Shown: piece after piece, positions 18,199 through 27,900 of the stretch | Layout: each line of letters begins with the position of its first letter | Numbering within the stretch: position 1 is the first letter of the stretch | Source: an uncultured Candidatus Woesearchaeota archaeon | GTDB taxonomy: Archaea > Nanobdellota > Nanobdellia > UBA10117 | DNA length: 64,000 nucleotides | Direction: 5' to 3' | Assembly (NCBI GenBank): GCA_903864915.1 | Contig: CAIPHS010000003.1 | Coordinates: forward strand, 5,345 to 69,344 | Translations under genes and position numbers: made by a program | Notes under the pieces: model-generated | Seen by the model: the letters and a program-made list of their open reading frames with translations, nothing else | Told to the model about the DNA's origin: nothing | Database searches by the model: none

Positions 18199-18734
18199 TA
18201 ATCCTCCTCTACAATCTTAATCCCTTGCTCTTTTAAAGCATTTTGCACAATGGTTTTTACTTCTGACCTTGTGACAAATTGCAATGGCTGCCAGAGCTCT
18301 ACATACCTCTGCAGCACCTTGACTTCTTCCCTTGAAGCAAGGGCTTCCATCCTTTTCGATATTCTTTCAGTCATGTCTTTCAGCATGTCGATGTCTGCAC
18401 GAAGGGAGCGCATACCATCTTCTACGTCTCGCATCTCAGAAATAACTTCCTTGTGCTTGTCAACAACGCTGTTGTCAATAAGTTCAAGGTGGCTCCTTAA
18501 ATTGTCAATCCTTTGCTCGACAAGCTTCAGTCTTTGCGATATGTTTGAAACCTGCTCGCCAGCCTTGGATTCGAATTCCTCCATCTGCGGCGACAGCCTC
18601 TTTACAGGCTGTGCTTGCTGTCCTTGCGGAGAAATAGAAGGGAACAGCGCTGACGCTGGCCTTTGTGGTACCGATGCAGGAAACTGGCCATCAGGCATTT
18701 TAATTAAAATAAACAGAGGCAGTATAAAAGCCAA
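18198..18734 (-). CDS. Pro/Gln-rich N-terminus + coiled-coil protein (178 aa)
   Basis: Same architecture as 17596..18198. Divergent from the pilus ATPase gene. The true start may be the internal MPDGQ. Confidence 0.55.
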   Translation of the reverse strand: MAFILPLFILIKMPDGQFPASVPQRPASALFPSISPQGQQAQPVKRLSPQMEEFESKAGEQVSNISQRLKLVEQRIDNLRSHLELIDNSVVDKHKEVISEMRDVEDGMRSLRADIDMLKDMTERISKRMEALASREEVKVLQRYVELWQPLQFVTRSEVKTIVQNALKEQGIKIVEED

Positions 18735-18764
18735 TCGGACTACGATATGGTAAAAGTGATAGGC

Positions 18765-18772
18765 TTATAAAA
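18765..18772 (+). promoter_or_regulatory. candidate TATA box of the pilus-like operon
   Basis: TTATAAAA within GGCTTATAAAAAAC ends 26 nt upstream of the ATG at 18798. Confidence 0.45.
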
Positions 18773-18797
18773 AACGAATTACAGATTAAAGCGGTCA

Positions 18798-21074
18798 ATG
18801 GCAGAGCCAGGCGAATATCAAATTACAAGGGAAGGCGGGGAGAAGGTCTTAAGGATAAATTATGAAGGCGCCATCTACACCCCATCCATAGAAGACGACC
18901 GCAACATAATGTCCCGCATATTTGACATAATTCTGGACGTGGGCAAGGTTTCTAAAATAGTTTTCCTCCAGAGAGAGGAATACGAGTATGATTGGCCCCA
19001 GGTCAGGTTGCTTTTGGAGATAGTTGATGCTTACAAGAAACTGGTCAAGGAGGAAAATATCCTTGATTTCGGAAAATTAGGTTTGGCGCCCGAATGCCAG
19101 CGCTTCCTGCCGGCATGGAGCGATTTCCTGAGGGATACAATAATGCACCAGCTGAAGGAAGACCCTGTCGGGGCTTTCGTTTCTTTAGTCAGAAGGCACC
19201 GGGAGGAGATGATTAAGCAGCAAAGCCCTCCGACTCCAGAATATGCCTCTTGTGGAGGCCAGTTCGTTGGCATTTTACAGCATGCGATTGATGTCATCGG
19301 CGATACCACGTTGATGAAACTGGCTGCATCAAAACTGCCAGGCTTCAAGCCGGATGACAGGACTGTTTATCGGGAACATTTCAGGCCGTCCATAAGGCCT
19401 TATTTCATGTACACAAAACTTGTTACAGCATTTCCCGCAGGAGCGGAAGAACTTGCATCATACAAGATTGCCGAGAACACCGAAGTCCTCGTGTTAAAAG
19501 TGCCAACTGACATCCGGCCCTTGTACCACATAATTCCGCCAGAATTCAAGCTTACGGAAGACAGGTATGCGCTTTTGACTGAAGCAAGGGAAGTCATGGC
19601 TGAGCACAGGCCCCAGAAAGCGGAATTCATAGACCCAGGAAGGACCCGGGAAATATTTTTTGCAGTCGAGCGGGATTTGCTTGCAGATCTGGCAAGAGCT
19701 AAGGGCCTAAAGCTGACATACAGGGAACTCGAAGAACTTGCCAGGATTTTGCTGAGGTACACGATCGGCTTCGGCCTTATCGAAATACTAATTTCAGACC
19801 CGAATGTGCAGGATATAGTTGTAAATTCTCCATTAGGAAGTACGCCAGTCTCCATAATACATGGGGATTATGGCGAGTGCAGGACAAACATCACACCACT
19901 GCCCAAGGAAGGGGATTCATGGGCAACAAAACTCAGGCTGTTGAGCGGCAGGCCTTTCGACGAAGCAAACCCCGTTCTCGATTCTGATTTGGCGTTGCCT
20001 TATGCAAGGGCGAGAGTTGCGGCATTGCAATATCCACTTTCGCCATTGGGATATGCGTTCGCGTTTAGAAGGCACAGGGACCAGCCATGGACATTGCCGC
20101 TTTTCATAAAGTCAAACATGCTGACACCAATGGCTGCAGGTCTGATATCATTTTTGGTTGATGGTGCAAGAACTATCTTGATTGCAGGTACCCGTAGCGC
20201 AGGCAAGACATCGTTGCTGGGGGCTATGATGGTTGAGATTGCAAGGACCAGCAGAATACTTACAGTTGAAGATACTCTGGAACTGCCCACTGCGCAATTG
20301 CGCGGCCTGAATTATGATATCTTATCACTGAAAACAAGGTCGGTCATAACAGGGTCAGAGGCGGAAGTCCCGGCAGAGCAGGCCATCAGAGCAGCCCTGC
20401 GACTTGGCGACTCCGCATTGATAATAGGCGAAGTAAGAAGTCTGGAAGCCCGCGCACTTTATGAGGCAATGCGTGTCGGCGCCTTGGCAAAAGTCGTTGC
20501 AGGAACAATACATGGAGCAAGCCCGTATGCCGTTTACGACAGAGTCGTAAATGACTTGGGAGTGCCAAAGACAAGCTTCAAAGCCACAGATATAATAATG
20601 GTCGCAAACGTCGTCACATCACCATCCGGTTTTGAAAGATGGCGACGGTTGACGCAGATTTCCGAAGTGCGAAAACTCTGGACAGATGATCCTATTTTGG
20701 AAAAAGGCTTCGCGGATTTGATGACCTACAATGCGGCAAAAGACATTATAGAGACTACGGATGTATTAGTTGAAGGAGAATCCGAGATACTGAAGGCCAT
20801 AGGAGGCAGGGTCAGGGAATGGTCTGGCAACTGGGATGCCATCTGGCAAAACATCGAATTAAGGGCCAAAATCAAGCAGGCCATAGTTGAAGCATCGGAC
20901 AAGGCAAAGATGCCTAATCTGCTAGAAGCCACATTCAGTGTTGCATCAAATGACGAATTCCACAGGCTATGCGACATAGTCGCAAAAGAGGTTGGAGTTA
21001 CAGATCCGAAACGCGTCTTCAATGAGTGGCAGAACTGGCTGAAGCAGCGAATCAAGAAATTGAAAGGAGTGTAA
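18798..21074 (+). CDS. type II/IV secretion-family ATPase (archaeal PilB/FlaI-like), 758 aa with extended N-terminal region
   Basis: Walker A AGTRSAGKTS, Asp box ILTVEDTLEL, Walker B SALIIGEVRS, His box AGTIHGASP. QDIVVNSPLG... resembles the T2SSE N-domain. Confidence 0.85.
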   Translation: MAEPGEYQITREGGEKVLRINYEGAIYTPSIEDDRNIMSRIFDIILDVGKVSKIVFLQREEYEYDWPQVRLLLEIVDAYKKLVKEENILDFGKLGLAPECQRFLPAWSDFLRDTIMHQLKEDPVGAFVSLVRRHREEMIKQQSPPTPEYASCGGQFVGILQHAIDVIGDTTLMKLAASKLPGFKPDDRTVYREHFRPSIRPYFMYTKLVTAFPAGAEELASYKIAENTEVLVLKVPTDIRPLYHIIPPEFKLTEDRYALLTEAREVMAEHRPQKAEFIDPGRTREIFFAVERDLLADLARAKGLKLTYRELEELARILLRYTIGFGLIEILISDPNVQDIVVNSPLGSTPVSIIHGDYGECRTNITPLPKEGDSWATKLRLLSGRPFDEANPVLDSDLALPYARARVAALQYPLSPLGYAFAFRRHRDQPWTLPLFIKSNMLTPMAAGLISFLVDGARTILIAGTRSAGKTSLLGAMMVEIARTSRILTVEDTLELPTAQLRGLNYDILSLKTRSVITGSEAEVPAEQAIRAALRLGDSALIIGEVRSLEARALYEAMRVGALAKVVAGTIHGASPYAVYDRVVNDLGVPKTSFKATDIIMVANVVTSPSGFERWRRLTQISEVRKLWTDDPILEKGFADLMTYNAAKDIIETTDVLVEGESEILKAIGGRVREWSGNWDAIWQNIELRAKIKQAIVEASDKAKMPNLLEATFSVASNDEFHRLCDIVAKEVGVTDPKRVFNEWQNWLKQRIKKLKGV

Positions 21075-23128
21075 TGGCAGAAATCGATGAGCAAGCAAGG
21101 AAAGAACTGTTCATGCGTTACAGAAAGAAGATAGAGGAACAGGTGGGCCAGTCAACGGACATAAGGGAAGAGCCGGAAGTCAGCTATTCGCAGGCCTATG
21201 ATGTATTTAGGAAAGAGCAGCTCGGCCTTTCTCATACGTTGTTCGAAAAGTTATGCAATGGTTCTGAGAGAATTCTGAAATTCAAGCTTAACGAAAAGGA
21301 TGTTGAGAAAATTCAGCCTGCTTTGGACATGACACATATTCGCGCAACTCCTCAAAGTGTATATTCATTTGCACTGCTCTCAACAGTGATTACAGTAATT
21401 GCTTTTTTTGTCATCGGGATTCTGTTAGGTAATATTATTGTAATAGTCACCGGGCTGATGGTTGCCATGGGATTGTTCTTTGCAATCCCTGCGATCCCGA
21501 AGAGACTTTTCATGATTTGGAGGGCAAAGGCGGGCGACCAAATCATACTCGCGGTTTTGTATATGATAATTTACATGGAGCACACACCGAATCTTGAACT
21601 CGCAACATGGTTTGCAGCCAAGCATCTGCCTCCGCCATTGTCACTAGATTTTATCAAAGTCTTATGGGATGTTGAAACAAAAAAGTACAGTAATGTAATA
21701 GCCGCTCTCGAAGATTATATCGAAACGTGGAGAGGCTGGGATGATGCCTTCATCGAATCTGTGCATGTAATGGAGACGAGCCTTGTCGCGGAGACGAAGG
21801 AGGAGAGGCTGAAGACTCTCGAAAAAGCCGAGGAGATAATTCTTGACGGCACATTTGACAAAATGATGACTTATGCGCATAATCTTCAAAGTCCGATAGA
21901 AACTGTGCATATGCTGGGCACAGTATTGCCTGTAATGGGCCTCGTCATGCTGCCGATGGTTTCTGCCTTTATGGGAGATTCCGTAAAATGGTGGGAAATT
22001 GCAATCATGTATGACATAATTTTGCCGTTTGCAGTTTATGCGCTATCGAGGTCGGTTTTGTCTGTAAGGCCTGCGGGAGCAAATCCTGCAGATGTCTATA
22101 TACATTTGACTGAAAAATATGCAAAGCCAAAGATAGCGCCAAGAATTGTAGGTTTCATGCTCGCGGCAGCAATTGCAACGCCTGCATTCCTTTATTTCAT
22201 ATCGCGGTTCCCTACAGGTGATGCAGCCTTTACAAATACGCCACTTTTGTTTTCAGTCTCAATTATTATCGCCATTGGTGTCGGGATAGCTGCTTACTAT
22301 TGGTATCGTGTTCATACTGTCATAAAAATAAAGAAAAAGATAACGCAGATAGAGGATGAATTTGCATCAGCAATCTTCCAGCTCGGAAGCAAGATAGGAG
22401 AAGGAGTCCCCGTTGAGGCAGCATTTTCATCTGTGATTGAAACCATGCCAAAAGCTGAAGTCACAGATTTCTTCAGAATAGTTGACAGGAACATCAGGGA
22501 AGAGGGCATGTCACTGAAAGACGCCATATTCGATGAAAAGAACGGCGCCCTCGCATTTTATCCTTCAGCTATCATAAAATCAGTGATGCAGACACTTGTT
22601 GAAGCTTCAAAGAAATCTCCAGAGATTGCAGCATCTTCTTTGACAACAATCTCGCGCTATCTCATAAATGCTCATCGTGTCAATGAAAGGCTGAAAGACC
22701 TGCTTTCAGATACCACATCTAGCATGTCTATGCAGATTAAGATGTTCGCACCGGTTATTTCTGGAATTGTAGTCGGTCTCAGCGCCCTGACAACCTCAAT
22801 TCTATCAAGCTTAGGTACAAAACTTTCAGGCTTCGAAGCCGGTGGTATGGAAAGTGCAGGTTTCGGCACAGGACTTCTGCAGGTTTTCCAAATATCGCAC
22901 ATGATGCCTGCATGGCAGTTTCAGCTTATTGTCGGCATCTACCTGATACAAATTGTATTTATAATGACATACCTGCTTAATGGAATCGTCAACGGCCCCG
23001 ACCAGCTGGAGGAGCAGGATATGCTTTACAAAAACATGTTCTATGCGGTGGCATTTTATGCTCTTGTCACGGTTATTTCAGTTTTGCTGTTTTCAAATCT
23101 CGTGGGAGGAATAACACAAACGATCTAA
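21074..23128 (+). CDS. FlaJ/TadC/PilC-like polytopic platform protein (684 aa)
   Basis: Start chosen at MAEIDEQ (TAATG overlap with the ATPase stop, GGAG upstream); the track starts at 21026. Two blocks of TM helices are separated by cytoplasmic helical domains, and the gene directly follows the ATPase. Confidence 0.7.
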   Translation: MAEIDEQARKELFMRYRKKIEEQVGQSTDIREEPEVSYSQAYDVFRKEQLGLSHTLFEKLCNGSERILKFKLNEKDVEKIQPALDMTHIRATPQSVYSFALLSTVITVIAFFVIGILLGNIIVIVTGLMVAMGLFFAIPAIPKRLFMIWRAKAGDQIILAVLYMIIYMEHTPNLELATWFAAKHLPPPLSLDFIKVLWDVETKKYSNVIAALEDYIETWRGWDDAFIESVHVMETSLVAETKEERLKTLEKAEEIILDGTFDKMMTYAHNLQSPIETVHMLGTVLPVMGLVMLPMVSAFMGDSVKWWEIAIMYDIILPFAVYALSRSVLSVRPAGANPADVYIHLTEKYAKPKIAPRIVGFMLAAAIATPAFLYFISRFPTGDAAFTNTPLLFSVSIIIAIGVGIAAYYWYRVHTVIKIKKKITQIEDEFASAIFQLGSKIGEGVPVEAAFSSVIETMPKAEVTDFFRIVDRNIREEGMSLKDAIFDEKNGALAFYPSAIIKSVMQTLVEASKKSPEIAASSLTTISRYLINAHRVNERLKDLLSDTTSSMSMQIKMFAPVISGIVVGLSALTTSILSSLGTKLSGFEAGGMESAGFGTGLLQVFQISHMMPAWQFQLIVGIYLIQIVFIMTYLLNGIVNGPDQLEEQDMLYKNMFYAVAFYALVTVISVLLFSNLVGGITQTI

Positions 23129-23129
23129 A

Positions 23130-23234
23130 ATGGAATGGGAACAGATAGTCCTGGTTGCAGCATCTGTCCTTGCTATAATCATCATGATTTACATACTATA
23201 CACAGGTTTAGGGACAGTGAACTTGCCACAATAA
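23130..23234 (+). CDS. small single-TM peptide (34 aa)
   Basis: Below the track cutoff. My translation is MEWEQIVLVAASVLAIIIMIYILYTGLGTVNLPQ. It fills the gap between neighbouring genes exactly. Confidence 0.4.
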   Translation: MEWEQIVLVAASVLAIIIMIYILYTGLGTVNLPQ

Positions 23235-23235
23235 C

Positions 23236-23814
23236 ATGCCAGAATACACGCTTGAAAAGCTGGTGATAATCGTCTTGGTTGTAGTTGCATTTATCATCCT
23301 TGCACTGATTCTTACAGCATTAAAAGTTGGAGGTGGGTTTTTCTATGCGGGCTGCGAGGGTCAGATAGAAGGTACCAGATGCACAGGCCATATCGACTCA
23401 GGATGCTTTGGTGGTGAAGTTAATGGCGTCTGCATAGAAGGTATAATAGACCAAAACATAACAACAGTTACTTGCAAGGAAAATGTCAAGCCGATAGCGG
23501 CAATAGCAAATCCGAGATGTGAATCCTTTAAGAATTTTTCACAGTGCGTCGGGACAAGTTATCCAAGAGTTGCAAGGCCTGATGAGAACCTGTCTGTCTG
23601 CCTTTATGTTACAAATGGGCTAAAGGTAGCTGGCGAGGATGTAAGTTGCCTGATGAACGCACAAGTAGTTTGTGATGATTTCAGCCAGAGCACCTCGCCG
23701 AAATGCCAGGATGTTCCCGGTTGTACACCTGTTAACGTAATTAAGAAAGCCATACAAGGCTTAAATCCACAGAAACAAAAATGCAGTATTGAAGTGGGTG
23801 CAATATGTTTGTGA
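23236..23814 (+). CDS. N-terminally anchored Cys-rich extracellular protein (192 aa)
   Basis: Hydrophobic N-terminus KLVIIVLVVVAFIILALILTAL, with many Cys residues spread through the remainder. Confidence 0.6.
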   Translation: MPEYTLEKLVIIVLVVVAFIILALILTALKVGGGFFYAGCEGQIEGTRCTGHIDSGCFGGEVNGVCIEGIIDQNITTVTCKENVKPIAAIANPRCESFKNFSQCVGTSYPRVARPDENLSVCLYVTNGLKVAGEDVSCLMNAQVVCDDFSQSTSPKCQDVPGCTPVNVIKKAIQGLNPQKQKCSIEVGAICL

Positions 23815-24947
23815 TAAAAGGAAAAAGAGGCAGCGCCAAAAGCGAAGCTTTTGGCTGGTCTCGCCAAGCTGAACAAAGTTCAGCTGGATCCAGAAAATTG
23901 TCTAGCAATTTTCTTGGTTTTCCAAAAGGAAAACGAGGTATAGCTGCTGAAACAATCGGAGAGCTAATAATAGTCCTGGCAGCTTGCATCATAATTTTAT
24001 GGATAGTTCTTGGAATTTCCGGCTATCTGTCCCCAACAACTGCAAGCGTTGGCTGCGGCCTGAATCTCAGGGTGGCAGCGGCAACATTATCTCACTCGAC
24101 AGTCACAGGTCCTGCTGGCCTAAACAGTGTCACTTTCCTAGGCGCCCCAGTCCTCATGTGTAACCAGTATCAGCAGCCTGTTGATATCAATGCCGCAAAC
24201 TTTGGTGCGTGTCCCGGCATCGCAGACTTTTGCAAAGGGGCTAAAGGTGATTTATTGGAAGAATGCTGGCAGCAGTGTGCAAGGATACAGATAGACAAGC
24301 TGACAGATGTCTGCTGGACCATGGCGGGAAGCGGCAAGCTTGATTTCAAAGACACGATTTTCGCACAGGCAAAAGAACTGTTTACCAAAACTATTCCATC
24401 GGTTGGCAAGGTTGTTGCAGGAACCACCACGTTTTTTATTCTTGGGCCCATAGCTGCAGAAGCAATAAACGATGGTGTAACAGAGCTGACTGCGGAAGTG
24501 TTAACCAAGGCAAAGGTATTGCGTTGTTTCAGGTACAGGGTTGTAAATCCAGTAATCGGGCCTGACAGGAAAAATGTAAATTATGCAGATTATAGTTTTG
24601 GTCGCAGCTGGGCCTATAATCTTAGTGGAAGCAGCGCCGATAAAATTTGCACGCCTTCAACCAGCAATCTCAACTGTTCGTTCGGCGGAGAGGGCGTACC
24701 ATACATAACAGACAAGTACAATTTCACAAGCATGCCTCAGGATGCTGTTAAAATAGTTAAGCTACCTCCACTTAATCAAAAATTTGTGTTCGTGACTGAC
24801 GTGGGGGGCTATATGAATTATAACATAACTGACCCAAGGAACCAGGTTTGTTACATAGCATACTATCAGTCAAGCTCAGGGGATTTCGTGATAAGAAGCT
24901 GCAAAGCTTGGAATGAATACGCAGGGAATGCTATATACATAAATTGA
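23805..24947 (+). CDS. pilin-like protein with long leader and class III-type signal (380 aa)
   Basis: Leader KGKRGSAKSEAFGWS...FPKGKRGIAAETIGELIIVLAACIIILWIVLG, with a leader motif shared with the ORF at 29629. Confidence 0.6.
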   Translation: MFVIKGKRGSAKSEAFGWSRQAEQSSAGSRKLSSNFLGFPKGKRGIAAETIGELIIVLAACIIILWIVLGISGYLSPTTASVGCGLNLRVAAATLSHSTVTGPAGLNSVTFLGAPVLMCNQYQQPVDINAANFGACPGIADFCKGAKGDLLEECWQQCARIQIDKLTDVCWTMAGSGKLDFKDTIFAQAKELFTKTIPSVGKVVAGTTTFFILGPIAAEAINDGVTELTAEVLTKAKVLRCFRYRVVNPVIGPDRKNVNYADYSFGRSWAYNLSGSSADKICTPSTSNLNCSFGGEGVPYITDKYNFTSMPQDAVKIVKLPPLNQKFVFVTDVGGYMNYNITDPRNQVCYIAYYQSSSGDFVIRSCKAWNEYAGNAIYIN

Positions 24948-24999
24948 TTTGAAGTCTCCTTTGGCAAGGTTTTTAATTGTTTTGTTAAGCATATAATTC

Positions 25000-27900
25000 A
25001 TGCAAGCTGAGACCTTAGCTAGAACAATGATGCCTTTGGTGCCAAAGGTTATCCACTCAAAGTGCTTTAATAAAAATTCGAGGGAATTGTTCTCAGAGCT
25101 TTGTCCGGTAACAGAATGCGAGCAGGGCAAGCCCACAAATGAGTATGTCTTGCAAAAAGTTAATTCTGCGTATCAAAATCTGGTTTTGCGATGGGAAGAG
25201 TTCAAGCCATTTATTGAAGCGATAAATGAAGGCAAGGCCGTCTGGCAGCGCAATTTTTCAATAAATAAGCACGAGTACAAAACAGTGACTCTGGACGATA
25301 TGCTTGTCGCACACGAATTTGTAAATAAAAATAACACAAAGCAGGGAGTTTGCTTTCTGCCCCCCGGCTATGCCGGCATTTTGACGCAAGAGGATGGTGC
25401 AGAGCTCAGGTTTGATGAAGTTTACAAGGCCTTGGGATACGGGGATGAATTTCTTCCGATTTTAGATGCAGACATAAAAGACAGGGAGAAGCATTTTGAA
25501 GAATTCGGGCAGAAGTTTGATGCAGCCCCTGCCTTAAGTATAACAAGGGAATTCTATTCAGATATGTGTGCATTACTTGCACAGACCCTGCAGCCCTTTC
25601 ATGCAGCAGCAAGAAACAAAAAAGCATTCGAGCAGATGCTTGATGTAATAGGAGAAGAGCGTCCCGAAGTTTATAATTTTCTTATCCAGAATTATGGCTC
25701 TGCAGAAGGACTTTCAAAAATCATAGAGCACGAAGCCAATAAGCAACTGGCAATAGGCGTTCAGCGTGAAGATGCTAAAGATAATGAAGGAATCAGCCTG
25801 CCGACAAAGCTGGCATCAATAATTTTCCCAAGCCTTATTGCGCTTGCAGGCTGGGCGGGCGCGGCTGCAGGCGAAGGCCCTGATGCGCATAAGGATTCTG
25901 GCGCGCATTCAAGGGCTTCGGATAGTGACTGGTCTGAGAAAAATATGGCAGTTCATCCGCCTGCAAGATACGGCCAGGCAATGGCTGGCGTTTATGGCGA
26001 CAGCAAGGTCGTCCTGTTTGGCGGCTTCGGAAATAAAACTTTTTTTAGCGATACATGGGTTTACGACGCTGGTAAAGGTGTTTGGGAGAACAAAACACCT
26101 GCGCTATCACCTTCTGCAAGAACAGCGGCGGCTATGGCTGGTGTTTTTGGCACAAGCAAGGTCGTCCTGTTTGGCGGGGTCGATGGTTACACAGGTCTTT
26201 CAGATACATGGGTGTATGATGTCAAGACAAATACATGGACAAATCTTTCTCCGCAGGAATCCCCAGCAGGAAGGACAACTGAAATAGCCAGCATCTCAGG
26301 AGATGACAAAATAGTTCTGTTCGGCGGGTCTGACTATGATAAGACTTACGGAGATACTTGGGTTTATGATTTAAGTGATAATAAATGGATACCTGCCGCA
26401 TCCGGCCCTTCGGAAAGAACAGCCCAAGCCATGGCCAATATTGATAGCACTGATAAAGTTGTTATGTTTGGCGGATTTTATTATGGCGCGCGCCTTGCAG
26501 ACACCTGGGTTTACTCTCAAAATACCAATCAGTGGGAGCAGAAAAATATATCCAGCCCGTCAGCCCGCGATGGGCATTCGATGGCAACCATGTTTGGGGA
26601 TGATAAAGTTGTTATGTTTGGCGGCCAGGGCTATGATCCGGCATCAGGTACGTGGGTTTATAGTTTGAGTGATAATAAATGGTCAGAAAAAAGCACAGCA
26701 TCCTCGCCTGTTGTACGAAGCAGTTTGACAATGGCTGGAATTTATGGCACGAAAGATGTGCTCATGTTCGGCGGAACCAATCACCAAAATACTCCTAGCG
26801 GAGACAATGTTTATGGAGACACCTGGGTGTATGGTGCTGCAGGTGTTCAGCCTCCTCCAGATTCGCAATTAATTGTCCAGCTTTCAGATACGCACATCGG
26901 AGCACAGGGCGCTGATGTCGAGATGCAAAAGATGGTTGATAAGATTCTGCATTTCGGCACAAAGCCAAAATATGTTGTAGTAACAGGGGATATTGTTGAT
27001 TTCGGCTATGGTGATGATGGCGCCGTAAACTATCACCGGTTTGTGGAGCTGATTCAGCCGCTTGAAAATGCAGGCATCAAGGTCTATACGGTGCCTGGAA
27101 ATCATGACTGGAGAGCAAGCGATGATAAGGTTGGCTCACAGGCCTATGTTGGCGGCTTGGATGATATCTTGAATACGCGGCTGCAAAATTACCGAACAAT
27201 CATGGGTGACAGGGACATCTCAGGCAAGGCCATAGATGATGGCAATTATGTCATAATAGGGTTGGATAGCGGTCATGATATTTTTCTGGACCCTAATTAT
27301 CCTATTATTGCGCCGAGAGGGAGCGGTCTGAAGGATGTCCAGGTTTCCTGGCTGGATAACACGCTTGATAATCTTGATGGCAAGCTTGATGGCAAGGATG
27401 CAAGCGGCAAGGAAAAAATAATAATCATGCACCATCAGGGCTATAACCAGGTTTTACTGGGCCAGGCAGGCGTGATAAACAATAACCAGGACCAGTTCTT
27501 GAAAATAAATAAGAATTATGATGTCAATGTCGTGCTTGGAGGCCACACGCACAAAAATTCTGTACAGACAAAAGACAGCACAAGATATGTGCAGACTGCG
27601 TCTGCAACATACGATTTGACTTGGAGAAATGTTTCTATTATGAATTTCAATGGGCAGTGGAGAGTTGTGGTTTCGAATCCACAAATAATTCAGAAGACTG
27701 TAACTGCAAGGACTGGCTGCCCCGTTGATGTTGCAGCATATGACAGCTCAGGCAATAAGATTGAGCCAAGAGTGAAAAGTGTTTTTGCAGTTGATGATAA
27801 GGGTTCAAAACAGACAGAGCTTTCAGTCTATTATGAGCCAAACTTGAGATTTAGAGTCGTAGGAACCGCAGATGCGGGCAGTAATTCATCCTATAGCATT

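Noticed and set aside
6588-18734. Possibility that the uncharacterised cluster is an integrated virus or plasmid
   Set aside because: It has no integrase, capsid-like, packaging ATPase or replication-initiator motifs, and no flanking direct repeats. The nearby tRNA-Trp gene (5397-5500, with trm5 in between) shows no duplicated 3' segment. I cannot exclude a virus or plasmid origin, but the sequence does not support it.
27650-27690. T-arm-like string GTGGTTTCGAATCCACA suggesting a tRNA
   Set aside because: It lies inside the long, motif-supported 25000..28272 CDS. I could not build an acceptor, D or anticodon arm around it.
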